Shown in pieces: positions 12,424 through 24,124 of a stretch of DNA of 64,000 nucleotides. The notes under the pieces were generated by a model that saw only the letters and a list, made by a program, of their open reading frames with translations, did no database searches and had not been told where the DNA came from. Source of the stretch: Isurus oxyrinchus (taxonomy: Eukaryota); NCBI GenBank assembly GCA_026770705.1, contig JANJGN010000022.1, forward strand, positions 31,372,001-31,436,000. Direction: 5' to 3'. Positions within the stretch are counted from its first letter, which is position 1. Each line of letters begins with the position of its first letter. The translations under genes and the position numbers were made by a program.

Positions 12424-14531
12424 TTAGTCCTTCCTCTCCTTCAGGAGCCCAGCGAGAAACGTTTGGACCCTCCGCCGCGGGTTCCTATCCAACTCAGGAG
12501 ACTTGAGAGCCTCGCGAGTGGACCAGAATACCAGCGGAAATGAATGCCACCGGTCCAACGCCAACTGAACCCTGTCTCGGCGACCGCGGTGCCCCGACAA
12601 AAAGTCCCGGAGTTCCCTTGGGGGGATGAGGGGGGAGTCAGTGGAGGGCACCAGGGGATCCACCGCCTCGCCTGAGAGCGACTCCGCGTAATCCCCAACG
12701 CTCACCACCGACACCCCGTCCTCCTCCGGGTCGTCGCCTCCAGCTTCCGACCCCTCCCGCGCATTGAGTACGGGGTCTGATTCGGAGCTGCCAGCTGGCT
12801 CTATCTCAGCCTCGATCCCACCCCCAGGATCAAGGCCAGAGGAGTCCTCTCTGGTCTCCTCGAAACTTTTTAGGCCAGAGGGCAGCGGCAGTTCTGATGC
12901 CCGCTCTCCTCCCGGCACCGGGTCATCCGGGGAGCTCAGGACAAGCTCCTGACCTAAACATAGGACGCCTGGTGTCAAGGTTTGGGAGGGAGCGGGAAGG
13001 CCCTCTTTTTCGCCGCCACCCAATGACCCATTTACATTCTTTAAAATTTCAAAGCTGCAATCCCCCGACGAGCTAGAAAGTACCTCGGGGGTATTAAGTG
13101 CCCTGGAGTCGGACACCACCTCAAGGGAGGTGCCCTCAGCGACCCCCGAGGGGCCCTGTTCAGGGGACTGCAGCAGACTGTTAGGGGGAACAGTGGGAGG
13201 GGTAGGTGTTTCGGGTTCTCCCAGAGGGCAGGGCGAGGTTTTACTGGGTGGAGACGCCACCACCTCTTCATCAGGGGAAGGGACACACCCAACTTCTTCA
13301 GTTTGGGCATCGCCCACTTCCTCCTCTGAAACGTGACGCCTCTTCTGGGTCAGGCTGGGGGCTAGGGAGACCTCCATTTCCGAGGCCCCCTCCTCCTTTC
13401 CCAGCCCTCCCGGACACTCCACCCTCTGGGTTTTCAATTTTTCTTTCGGCTCGGGGTCCCGCGTCTTTTCCCCGCCGGCCCCGGGAGCACGCGCAGGGAC
13501 GACGCCGGGCCCAGCACTCGGCGCCTTAGCGCCCACGGACCCGGGAGCACACGCGGACACGACGCCGGGGCCGGATGATGTTTTCTCCCCCAAGCCGGTT
13601 TTTCCATGTGTTTGAGGGGTTTGGAGCGTCTTCCTCCGCGCCTTCTTACGGCGCGGGGGCTCTCACCCCGCCTCACCGGCAACCGAGATAGCAACTGCTG
13701 CAGGGGTCGCTTCCCCTTGCGGGGAGGGAGATGGAGTGGTGGCGGGTGGTGGAGGGGCGGTGCCAGCCGCGGCTGCTTGGGTGGGGCTCGTGGCCTTGGA
13801 GGCGGGGCAGTTCTTTCTTATGTGCCCCGCCTCCTTACAGGCATGGCACCGCACGCCCTCCGTGGTCCAGAAGACCCGATAGGCGGTCCCCTCAAAATTA
13901 ACAACGAAAGCCCCCTCCAGGCATTCCTCCCGGGCCAAACGGATGAAAACCTGGCGCCGGAATGAGTACACGTGGCGGAGGGTCGAGTCTCTGAGGCCGA
14001 GCGGGACTGGCGCAACCCCTGACCTGACCTCCCCCAGCTTATTAAGGTGGGGGAGGAGGAGCTCACATGGTATAAAGGGCGGGACGTTCGAAATAACAAT
14101 CTTCTGGGCGGTGGCCTCAAGGGGGTCCACCGCCAGAAAAGTCCCGCCCACAGTGAGCTGATTCTGCAGGGCGAGTTGCACCGCCCGCTCGGACCTCAAG
14201 AAAAAGATGGCCCTCCCATACATTTTTGAGGCCGCGACAACGGCTGAGGGGCCGACAACCCCAGCCATAGCCTTCACGCAGGCCTCAATAGTCATCTCCG
14301 GGTGGGCGTAGCACTTAACCCCGAGGGCCCTGGTTAGGAGGCGGAGTGGTGACAGGGCAGCGGGAGCAGCTGGTGCTGCAGAAGCAACCACCCCCGCATA
14401 GGTTTTCTTTTTTGAGGCCCTGCCACCGGTGACAAAACCACCTCCACATTAGCCCTCGAGGGGCCGGCCACAGGCGATGGTGAATTGGCCTTAGGGCCAG
14501 AGCCACGCCCACCCTGGGAAGGATTGGCCAT
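12424..14531 (-). pseudogene. Tx1 copy 1 ORF1 (gag-like, CCHC), frameshifted
   Basis: Three ORF pieces that together match the 713-aa ORF1 of copy 2. Confidence 0.9.
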
Positions 14532-15469
14532 TTTGTTTTTTGTTTTTTTTTTAATTTTTAATATATATATATATATACACGTAGTATTCCTCCTTGGGAA
14601 GGAAAGGGGGTGGGGGAGAGAGGTAGAAACAACCTCCCCTCTTTTAGGCAGGAGAGGAGAGGAGGGAGAGGAGTAAAAGACAGAGAGGCACAGGAGGGAA
14701 AGAGGTAAATGTCCAGGTGGGTGTCCTCGATGGTGGATGGATGGTGGGTGGGGGCCTGATGTTCTTCAGGCAGGGGGAGGCGATGTCTTCACCAGCTACT
14801 GCTGGCCTTACCGGGAAAGGGCTGGGTTGGGGGAGGGGTGGCAGAAAGATGGTTTCAGCACACACACACACCCTCCCTCTCTTCCTTCCCCAACCCCTCT
14901 GGCAGGCTTCTTGCCTCCCCCTACAAAACACAGTCCTTAATTGCCCCCACCTTAAACAAAAATACACAGTTCAGACACCCACCTAGGATGTTGTTTTTCA
15001 ACTCAGTCCTGGCCTCCTGGCCTTCCTGTCCTGTAGCAACAGCAGCAAAAGTTCTCTTCTCTCCCTCTCTCTCCTTTTGCACCACAAGGGCAAGGGAGCA
15101 GCAGCAGCAGCACTGGAGGAGCAGCAGCAGCAGAAGCAACAACCCCAAAGCAGCAGCAGCAGTTGTTCCTCTCTCCCTCTTGGTCCAAACAGGGGCAAGG
15201 CAGCAGCAGAAGCAACAACCCCAAAAGCAGCAGCAGAAACAGTTGAAACACTGAAGAGGAGCAGCAACACCAACACCACACACCTTCTCTCCTCAGGATC
15301 AGGGAACAAACTGAATCCACAATTGCCTCAACGAGATCGTTAAGAAGATGAACTCTCGATAATCTTTTAAATGAAAACCAAATCAACAAAATCGGGATAA
15401 ATCAGGCACAGCCCCTAATTCAGGTCAGCTGTAAAAACAAGAACAAAGTTTAAAGGAAACTTACAAACT

Positions 15470-18400
15470 TTAAATCAAAATGTGATTAAAGGGGTCAACA
15501 AAACACCCCAGTCCCCACGGTGCCCACTGAGCACAGAAGGCCCCGAGAGTGCCAGCAGACACCGCGTGCTCCCTCTCCAGGGACATCCGGCAGTGAACGT
15601 AGCCGCGGAAGAGGGACAAACAATCGGGCGGGACTCCCCCGTCGATCGCCCACTGCCTGGACCTTTTAATGGCCAACTTGGCCAGGCCCAGGAGCAGGTT
15701 CACGAGGAGGTCCTCCTCCTTCCCGACCCCCCTCCGCACCGGGTCCCCATAGATCAGGAGCGTGGGGCTGAAGTGCAAACAAATCATCAATAAAAGGTTT
15801 TTCAAATAACTAAAAAAGGGAGTGCAGCCTACAACACCCTATGTATACATGGTCCACGGACTCCACAAGACCGCAAAAAGGGCACGTGTCCTGAGAGTCC
15901 GTGAACCTATGCATCCTCTTATTATAGGGGACTGCTGCATGCAACACCCTCCAACCCAGGTCCCCGATAGAAAGGGGGAGGACACCTCCGTAGAGGGCCA
16001 CCCATCGGGGGCCTCCGCCGCCGGACGGCAACAAGGCACGCCAGGGCGTGTCCAGGCGGCGGACAAGGGCGAGAAAATGGAAGGTGTGCAGCAGCAGTCC
16101 GTACAAAAAGCCTCTCTTTGCTGTGCTAAAAGGCACGGAGGGCATGTCCCCGAGGCGGCTCATATTGCGGGGCACCAGCACCCTAGGGAGGGATCGGGGC
16201 TTGGGGCCAATGTGGAATTCTGTCCGAACAGGGGAACGTTCAGACGGAAGACCACCGCGCACCTGGGCCACCTCAAGACCCAAAATAACGTCGGGTCCGA
16301 GCACGACCATTCTCAGGTCTTGGATGGCATCGGCTGCGACCTGGACACTCACAGACGCGCGTCGCGCCAACTCCTGCGGGAGCATCCAGCCCAGTCCTCC
16401 GCCACCCAGCACGTCCCCGATCCTGGTCACCCCTGCGGCCACAGCCCTCCTCTCCGCCAACCACTGAAAGGGACGGAGGGGCGGATTCCTGAGCAGCGGG
16501 TCTCTGACGATAGCCGCTACTCCTGACGGGGGAGAGCTGCGTCGCGAGGCGACCACTTTCCAGACTTTGATCAGGTCCTGGTAAAAGACGGGCAACGCCT
16601 GCAAGGAGCCACCGAGGCCCAGCTGTTCTATAAACAGGAGCTGCACGTCATAATTCAGGCCGTGCACCTGACGGAAGAAATACATCGTCAGGGCACACCA
16701 TCTAGGAGGAGGCTCAACGTAGAGGTATCGCTGCAGGGTCTGAAGGCGGAAAGTCGCCACCTGTGTGCGTAGGCACACTAGCGCCTGACCGCCCTCCCTA
16801 AGCGGGAGACTCAGAACCTCGGCAGCGACCCAGTGCAATCTTTTGTCCCAGAAGAAGTCGACTAACAATCTCTGGATTCTTGTGACAAAGTCCGGGGGAG
16901 GGGTCAAAGTGACCAGCCGATACCACAACATGGCGGCGATCAGCTGGTTTATGACCAGAACTCGACCTCGGTAAGATAGCACTCGGAGCAGTCCTGTCCA
17001 GCGCCGCAGGCGAGCGGTGACTTTCGTCTCCAGTTCCTGCCAGTTTGCCGGCCAGGATTCCTCAGCGGGGCAGAGATGGACCCCCAGGTAGAGGAGGCTG
17101 GTCCTGCTCCAGGTGAAAGGCCTGAGCTCCTCGGGTAGGGGATCCATCTGCCACTGACTGATCAGGAGTCCAGAACATTTACCCCAGTTGATCCTGGCAG
17201 AAGAAGCGGCAGAGTAGACCTCCTGGCACTCGCGCATCCTCCGCAGGTCAGCCGGGTCACTAAACATAAGGAGCACGTCATCAGCGTAAGCCGAAAGGAC
17301 CACCCCGATGCCCGGCCCGTGCAGGACCAATCCCGACAACCTCCTCCGCAAGAGGCGCAGGAAAGGCTCCACGCAAATAGAATACAACTGGCCAGACAGG
17401 GGGCAGCCCTGACGTACCCCTCTCCCAAAGAGAAGGGGCGCCGTCAGGGACCCGTTAACCTTCACTAGACACTCCGCGGCGGTGTACAGAAGTCGGATCC
17501 GGGCGACAAAATGCGTCCCGAACCCGAACGCTCGCAGAGTTCCGAGTAAGTATCCGTGATCCACCCTGTCGAACGCCTTCTCCTGATCGAGAGACAGGAA
17601 GGCGCTCAACAGACCAACCCTCTGGGAATAGTGGATGATGTCCCGGACCAGATGGATGTTATCATAAATGGTTCGGTCCGGGACGGTGTAGGACTGGTCA
17701 GGGTGGATCATGTGGTCCAGCACGGTGCCGAGCCGGGAAGACATGTCTCGGGCGAAGATTTTGTAGTCCGTGCTGAGGAGGGAGACCGGGCGCCAGTTTT
17801 TAAGAAGGCGGAGATCCCCCTTCTTCGGCAGCAGGGCAATCACGGCCCTGCGCCACGAAAGGGGCATCTCCCCGGTAGCGATAGTCTCCCCCAGGACCCC
17901 CGCGAAGTCGCTCCCCAAGACGTCCCAGAACGCCCTGAAGAACTCCACGGTCAGCCCGTCTAGTCCCGGGGATTTGCCCCTAGAAAGACCGTCGAGTGCG
18001 CCGGTCAGCTCCCCCAGACTTATAGGGGAGTCAAGCTTTCCGGCGGACTCCGGGCCGACCTGCGGCAGGTCCTCCCACAAAACTCTGCAAGCGTCCTCGC
18101 TGGACGGATCCGGAGAGAACAGGGCAGTGTAGTAATCTCGGGCGATGGCCCTGATGCCCTCCGGATCCGAGACAAGGGATCCGTCGTCGGCCAGCAGCGT
18201 AAAGAGCTGCTGACGGACCCCGTGCCTTTTTTCCAGCGAGTAGAAGAAGGGGGAGCTACGGTCCATCTCCCTGAGGAACCGGATCCGCGACCTCACGAAC
18301 GCACCCCGAGACCCGACCAGTTGCAGGTCCCGCAGCGCGCCCTTCTTCTCATCGTACACCGACTGCAGGGCCGGGTCTACATCAGGCTGACGGAGACGTG

Positions 18401-19382
18401 CCTCCAGGTCGAGCACCTCCTTCTCCAACTCCTCGACCTTGGATTTGCGCCTCTTTGTCGACCCCTTCGCGTACTCTTGACAGAAAACTCGGACGTGAGT
18501 CTTGCCCACGTCCCACCATAGCCTCAAGGAGGGGAAGCCTCCCTGCTTCCTTCTCCAGCCGGACCAGAAACGACGGAACGAGTCCAGGAACCGCTGGTCT
18601 TCCAACAACAGGTTATTAAAATGCCAGTACGCGGACCCCGTCCGAGCGCAGAACGAAGTGAGCTCCGCCCACACCAGATGGTGGTCCGTGCACGGAACCT
18701 GCCGTATAGAAGCAGCCGGAACGCAGGACACGTACGCCTTTGAAACGTAAAGGCGGTCGAGTCTGGACGCTCCGACTCCAGGTGACACAAAGGTGAACAC
18801 GCTGGAGTCAGGATGGAGATTTCGCCAGACGTCCACTAAGTCGAAGGATCTGACCAGGTCCCGCAACTTACTCACACCTCGCGTGCAGTGCGGGGTACCG
18901 TGACGGTCCCGGACCCCGAGGGTGCAATTGAAATCCCCCCCGAGGACGATGCACTCGCCAGCGTCGATGGAGCCGAGATGAGTGGACACTTCTTCAAAGA
19001 AGCTCGCTTGCTGCTGCGTGCCCAGGAGAGCGTATACATTCACAAAGTGAAGCACCGCCCCCCCCAGACGCACAGTCAGGTGCAGCAACCGGCCTGGCAC
19101 CAGCTCCTTGACCCCCAAGATCTCCGGCTGAAAATGTGGGGCCAACAAGATAGCCACCCCGCCAGAATTGGAGGCTAGGTGACTCATGTAGACCCCCCCT
19201 CGCCACTCCAGGAGCCACGTGGCTTCGTCTCCCAGAACGGTATGTGTTTCTTGCAGGAGGCACAACACATACTTCCCGTCCCTGAGGACCAAGAAGTTCT
19301 GGAACCTGCGCTGTGCGCCCCTGCTGCCGTTGATGTTGAGGCTGGCTATAGTCGTCTTCATTGTCAAAGGTACATCAAACAT
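15470..19382 (-). CDS. Tx1 copy 2 ORF2: endonuclease/reverse transcriptase (1190 aa open, single +1 frameshift at A6 run 15812-15817)
   Basis: All APE/RT motifs present; copies 1 and 3 have A5 at this run. Confidence 0.9.
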
Positions 19383-19414
19383 TCACCTTAAGTAAAAAAG
19401 AAGAAGAGGACTTT

Positions 19415-21556
19415 TTAGTCCTTCCTCTCCTTCAGGAGCCCAGCGAGAAACGTTTGGACCCTCCGCCGCGCGTTCCTATCCAACTCAGGAGACTTGAGAG
19501 CCTCGCGAGTGGACCAGAACACCAGCGGAAATGAATGCCACCGGTCCAAGGCCAACTGAACCCTGTCTCGGCGACCGCGGTGCCCCGACAAAAAGTCCCG
19601 GAGTTCCCTTGGGGGGATGAGGGGGGAGTCAGTGGAGGGCACCAGGGGATCCACCGCCTCGCCTGAGAGCGACTCCGCGTAATCCCCAACGCTCACCACC
19701 GACACCCCGTCCTCTTCCGGGTCGTCGCCTCCAGCTTCCGACCCCTCCCCCGCATTGAGTACGGGGTCTGATTCGGAGCTGCCAGCTGGCTCTATCTCAG
19801 CCTCGATCCCACCCCCAGGATCAAGGCTAGAGGAGTCCTCTCTGGTCTCCTCGAAACTTTTTAGGCCAGAGGGCAGTGGCAGTTCTGATGCCCGCTCTCC
19901 TCCCGGCACCGGGTCGTCCGGGGAGCTCAGGACAAGCTCCTGACCTAAACATAGGACGCCCGGTGTCAAGGTTTGGGAGGGAGCGGGAAGGCCCTCCTTT
20001 TCGCCGCCACCCAATGACCCATTTACATTCTTTAAAATTTCAAAGCTGCAATCCCCCGACGAGCTAGAAAGTACCTCGGGGGTATTAAGTTCCCTGGAGT
20101 CGGACACCACCTCATGGGAGGTGCCCTCAGCGACCCCCGAGGGGCCCTGTTCAGGGGACTGCAGCAGGTTGACGGGGGGAACAGTGGTGGTAGTAGGTAC
20201 AGGAGTTTCGGGTTCTCCCAGAGGGCAGGGCGAGGTTTTACTGGGTGGAGACGCCACCACCTCTTCATCAGGGGAAGGGACACACCCAACTTCTTCAGTT
20301 TGGGCATCGCCCACTTCCTCCTCTGAAGCGTGACGCCTCTTCCGGGTCAGGCTGGGGGCTAGGGAGACCTCCATTTCCGAGGCCCCCTCCTCCTTTCCCA
20401 GCCCTCCCGGACACTCCATCCTCTGGGTTCTCAATTTTTCTTTCCCCAGCTCAGGGTCCCGCGTCTTTTCCCCGCCGGCCCCGGGAGCACGCGCAGGGAC
20501 GACGCCGGGCCCAGCACTCGGCGCCTTAGCGCCCACGGACCCGGGAGCACACGCGGACACGATGCCGGGGCCGGATGATGTTTTCTCCCCCGAGCCGGTT
20601 TTTCCACGTGTTTGGGGGGTTTGGGGCGTCTCAGGGACCGCCTCCAAATTTCGGGTCTTCCTCCGCACCTTCTTACGGCGCGGGGGCTCTCCCCCCACCT
20701 CACTGGCAACCGAGATGGCAGCTGCTGCCGGGGTCGCTTCCCCTTGCGGGGAGGGAGATGGAGTGGTGGCGGTTGGAGGAGGGGCGGTGCCAGCCGCGGC
20801 CGCTTGGGTGGGGCTCGTGGCCTTGGAGGTGGGGCAGTTCTTTCTTATGTGCCCCGCCTCCTTACAGGCATGGCACCGCACGCCCTCCGTGGTCCAGAAG
20901 ACCCGATAGGCGGTCCCCTCAAAATTAATAACAAAGGCTCCCTCCAGGTACTCCTCCCGGGCCAAGCGGATGAAAACCTGGCGCCGGAAGGAGTACACGT
21001 GGCGGAGGGTCGAGTCTCTGAGGCCGAGCGGGACTGGCACAACCCCTGACCTGACCTCCCCCAGCTTATTAAGGTGGGGGAGGAGGAGCCCACATGGTAT
21101 AAAGGGCGGGACATTCGAAATAACAATCTTCTGGGCGGTGGCCTCAAGGGGGTCCACCGCCAGAAAAGTCCCGCCCACAGTGAGCCCCTTCTGCAGGGCG
21201 AGTTGCACCGCCCGCTCGGACCTCAAGAAAAAGATGGCCCTCCCATACATTTTTGAGGCCGCGACAATGGCTGAAGGGCCGACAACCCCAGCCATAGCCT
21301 TAACGCAGGCCTCAATAGTCATCTCAGGGTGAGCGTAGCATTTTACCCCGAGGGCCCTGGTGAGGAGACGGAAAGGTGACAGGGCAGCGGGAGCAGCTGG
21401 AGCTGCAGAAGCAACCACCCCCGCATAGGTTTTTTTTGTAGGCCCTGCCACCGGTGACAAAACCGCCTCCACATTAGCCCTCGAGGGCCCGGCCACAGGA
21501 GATGTTGAACTGGCCTTAGGGCCAGAGCCACGCCCACCCTTGGAAGGATTGGCCAT
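19415..21556 (-). CDS. Tx1 copy 2 ORF1p (713 aa), nucleic-acid-binding protein with zinc knuckle
   Basis: Intact ORF; CHACKEAGHIRKNC; ISNVPPFI RRM-like segment; low-complexity C-terminal half. Confidence 0.92.
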   Translation of the reverse strand: MANPSKGGRGSGPKASSTSPVAGPSRANVEAVLSPVAGPTKKTYAGVVASAAPAAPAALSPFRLLTRALGVKCYAHPEMTIEACVKAMAGVVGPSAIVAASKMYGRAIFFLRSERAVQLALQKGLTVGGTFLAVDPLEATAQKIVISNVPPFIPCGLLLPHLNKLGEVRSGVVPVPLGLRDSTLRHVYSFRRQVFIRLAREEYLEGAFVINFEGTAYRVFWTTEGVRCHACKEAGHIRKNCPTSKATSPTQAAAAGTAPPPTATTPSPSPQGEATPAAAAISVASEVGGEPPRRKKVRRKTRNLEAVPETPQTPQTRGKTGSGEKTSSGPGIVSACAPGSVGAKAPSAGPGVVPARAPGAGGEKTRDPELGKEKLRTQRMECPGGLGKEEGASEMEVSLAPSLTRKRRHASEEEVGDAQTEEVGCVPSPDEEVVASPPSKTSPCPLGEPETPVPTTTTVPPVNLLQSPEQGPSGVAEGTSHEVVSDSRELNTPEVLSSSSGDCSFEILKNVNGSLGGGEKEGLPAPSQTLTPGVLCLGQELVLSSPDDPVPGGERASELPLPSGLKSFEETREDSSSLDPGGGIEAEIEPAGSSESDPVLNAGEGSEAGGDDPEEDGVSVVSVGDYAESLSGEAVDPLVPSTDSPLIPPRELRDFLSGHRGRRDRVQLALDRWHSFPLVFWSTREALKSPELDRNARRRVQTFLAGLLKERKD

Positions 21557-22004
21557 TTTTTTTTAAATATATAATGTTCCTCCCTAGGGAAAGAGGTAGT
21601 AATAACCTCCCCCTTTTGTGCAGGAGAGGGGAGGAGAGGAGGGAGTAGAGTGAAGGACAGGGAGGCACAGGAGGGAAAAGGGAAGAGTCCAGGTGGGTGT
21701 CTCCAGTGAAAGGTGGACGTTGGGTGGGGGCCTGATGATCTTCTTGCAGGGGGAGGCGATGTCTTCACCAGCCACCACTGGCCTTACTGGGGAAGGGCTG
21801 GGTGGGGCGGGGGGGTAGCAGAAAGGTGGTTTTAACCACACACACACCCCCCTCTCTTCCTTCCCCAAACCTTCTGCAGTCTTCTTTCCTCCCCTACGAA
21901 ACACAGTCCTTTATTGCCCCCACCTTACACAAACAATAACGTTGGACACCCACCTAAGATGGTGTTTCTTGACACAGTCCTGGCCTCCTGGCCTTCCTGT
22001 CCTG

Positions 22005-22260
22005 CAGCAGCAACAGAAGCTGTTCTTCTTCTCTCCCTCTCTCTCCCTTTGTTCCACAGGGGCAGGTCCAGCAGCAGCAGCAGCAGCAGCAGCAAACACC
22101 CTCGAGTGCAGGTCCAGCAGCAGCAGCAAACACCCTCTAGTCCAGGAGCAGCAGCAGCAGCAAACACCCTCGAGTGCAGGGGCAGCAGCAGCACACAGCA
22201 GAAGCAACCCCAAAAGCAGCAGCAGAAACAGTTGAAACACTGAAGAGGAGCAGCAACACC
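22005..22260. repeat. (CAG/CTG)n-rich subrepeats in Tx1 5' UTR (also ~15030-15270 and ~59330-59450)
   Basis: Runs of cagcagcag with repeated aaacaccctcgagtgcagg units. Confidence 0.85.
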
Positions 22261-22413
22261 AACACCACACACCTTCTCTCCTCAGGATCAGGGAACAAAC
22301 TGAATCCACAATTGCCTCAACAAGATCGTCAAGAAGATGAACTCTCGATCTTGGGGTTACAAACCCAGTACCATAACCACTTGGCTCTCATACCCGAACC
22401 CTGATTTGATGTA

Positions 22414-22715
22414 ACTCTTTCGAGTACAAACACATTTCCATCTGTCATTTCAGATGAAGTTACATTGTTTTTCATTGTGAGATTTGAACTCTTGATAAGC
22501 ACAAACTTGTTTCCATCTGTTTCCAGATGAAGTTACATTGTTTCATAGTTTTGCCATTGTGAGATTTGAACTCTTGATTTCTTTTGAGTACAAACCCGTT
22601 TCCATCTGTTTCAGATGAAGTTATATTGTTTCATAGTTTGCCATCGTGAGATTTGAACTCTTGATCTTTGGGTTACACACCCAGTACCATAACCACTTGG
22701 CTATTTAGGCCAAGC
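22414..22715 (-). mobile_element. tRNA-Thr(UGU)-derived multimeric SINE (head plus 3 units of 82-87 bp), 15-bp TSD
   Basis: A box TAGCCAAGTGG, B box GAGTTCAAATC; TSD ccctgatttgatgta at 22399-22413 and 22716-22730. Confidence 0.85.
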
Positions 22716-23282
22716 CCCTGATTTGATGTACATGGACTTCCAAAGATTATTTGATAAATTGTTGCACAACAGTCTTGTAAAAAAAATTCAAGCTCTTGAA
22801 ATAAAAGGGACAGTAGCAGCATGGATGCAAAATTGGCTGAGCGACAGAAAACAGAGTGATAAATGGTTGTTTTCTGGACTGGAGTTTATAGTGGAATTCC
22901 CCAGGGATTGGTGTGGGGCATTCTGCTCTCCTCAATATATATTAATGATCTAGATTTGGTCTAGGGCATAAATTCTAAATTTGTGGATATACAAAATTTG
23001 CAATCTTGTGAACTGTGATGAAGATAGTTTTAATCTTCAAAAGGAGATAGACAGGTTAGTGGAATGGGCAGACAAGTGGCAGATAAAATTTAATGCAGAG
23101 AACTTAACAAAGGATATCTGTAGCTCCTCAACCCTTCCCTGTCTCTGTATACCTGTGCTGTTTAAAATTAGTGTAACAAAGGACTGGCTGTCCTCCTTTC
23201 ATTACATTTGATTTGGCAAAAAAACAATTGTATCTGAGCCGTCACTGAACTTTCCCCACCAGCGCTACTCAGGATACACATG

Positions 23283-23961
23283 GGCCTGAATTTTCCCATT
23301 GGCGATTTGGGGGTGGGGCCCGCTCGCTGACTGGAAAATGACACCGGATGGCGTTGGGAGATAGCCCCAATGTCATCCCGGTCCCTTTAAACTTTTAGGA
23401 AGCCGGGCGGACAGCAAAATCATCTGTCCACTCGCCGAACTGTCAGTGGCCAATTAAGGCCATTGACAGGATAATTAAGATATTTAAAGACCTGCCCGTC
23501 CAACCTTAAGGCTGGCGGGCAGGCCAGGAACCCCAGCGGGCTCCAGATTATTCATGTAACCTCACCCACTGGCAGCAGGAGGTTTCATGTCCGTTTTTAA
23601 AAAGTGTAATAAAGTTTATGTCCTTTTTATTAACATGTCCCATATTGTGTGACATTGTCACATGAGGGGGACATGTTAATAATTTTTTAATTTTTCTATT
23701 TTTAAAGATTTTTTCACTGTCAGTAATCTCCCTGAGACAGCACTTTGTCTCAGGGGGCAGTGTGCACTTTAACAGATGGGAAATCCCTCCACCCCGCACA
23801 GGAAGTGCATAGCGCTTCCCCTCGGGCAGGACGCTGGGGGAGCCTTAATTGGCCAGCCCACGCAAAATGGAGGAGGGTCCCATTTCAGTGGCAGGGTTCA
23901 GCTGTCCGCCCGCCGCAGAGCTGGTGGGGCCCACACACCCACCAAGGCAAAAATTCTCCCC
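23283..23961. mobile_element. Harbinger-type MITE (paralogue at ~60175-60856)
   Basis: Imperfect TIRs GGCCTGAATTTT / GGGGAGAATTTT; flanks ATG / TTG. Confidence 0.7.
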
Positions 23962-24124
23962 TTGGAAACACCCAGAAGGTCCAGAATGAGAGGCAAAGTA
24001 AAGAATTTTTTCCTGAAAATATTTAAATAAATTTTGTGAAATTGGGTCTATTTTCCTTGTAGAAGAGGGGTCTGAAAGGAGATTTGATAACCTCATGAGA
24101 GGTCTGGACAGTGTAATTAGGGAG

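Larger units (their letters stand above)
8402..15360 (-). mobile_element. Full-length Tx1-clade non-LTR retrotransposon, copy 1 (disrupted)
   Basis: ORF1 with CCHC knuckle and ORF2 with APE, RT and C-terminal zinc finger; CTG-rich 5' UTR; 3' end ...TTTAAAAGATT. Confidence 0.95.
15361..22398 (-). mobile_element. Full-length Tx1-clade element, copy 2, with tRNA-like head; head-to-tail with copy 1
   Basis: Same structure as copy 1. Its 3' end AAAAGATT abuts ATCGAGAGTTCA at the start of copy 1. Confidence 0.95.
1..24120. repeat. Segmental duplication copy A (extends beyond window start)
   Basis: Position 1 (cctaacttagaaatat) matches 43232. Colinear similarity runs through the gene, Tx1, CR1 fragment and MITE, ending near 24120 versus ~61025. 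Each copy has private indels. Confidence 0.95.

Noticed and set aside
14838-15389. Poly-Q/A/C/L ORFs (also 21911-22404 and 59227-59566)
   Set aside because: Translation artefacts of CAG/CTG repeats in the Tx1 5' UTR.
15822-21332. Many antisense and alternate-frame ORFs shared among Tx1 copies
   Set aside because: Expected from high GC content and recent common ancestry; no recognisable domains.
22414-22715. CRISPR-like repeat array
   Set aside because: Whole units are homologous with no unique spacers; TSD-flanked SINE in eukaryotic DNA.
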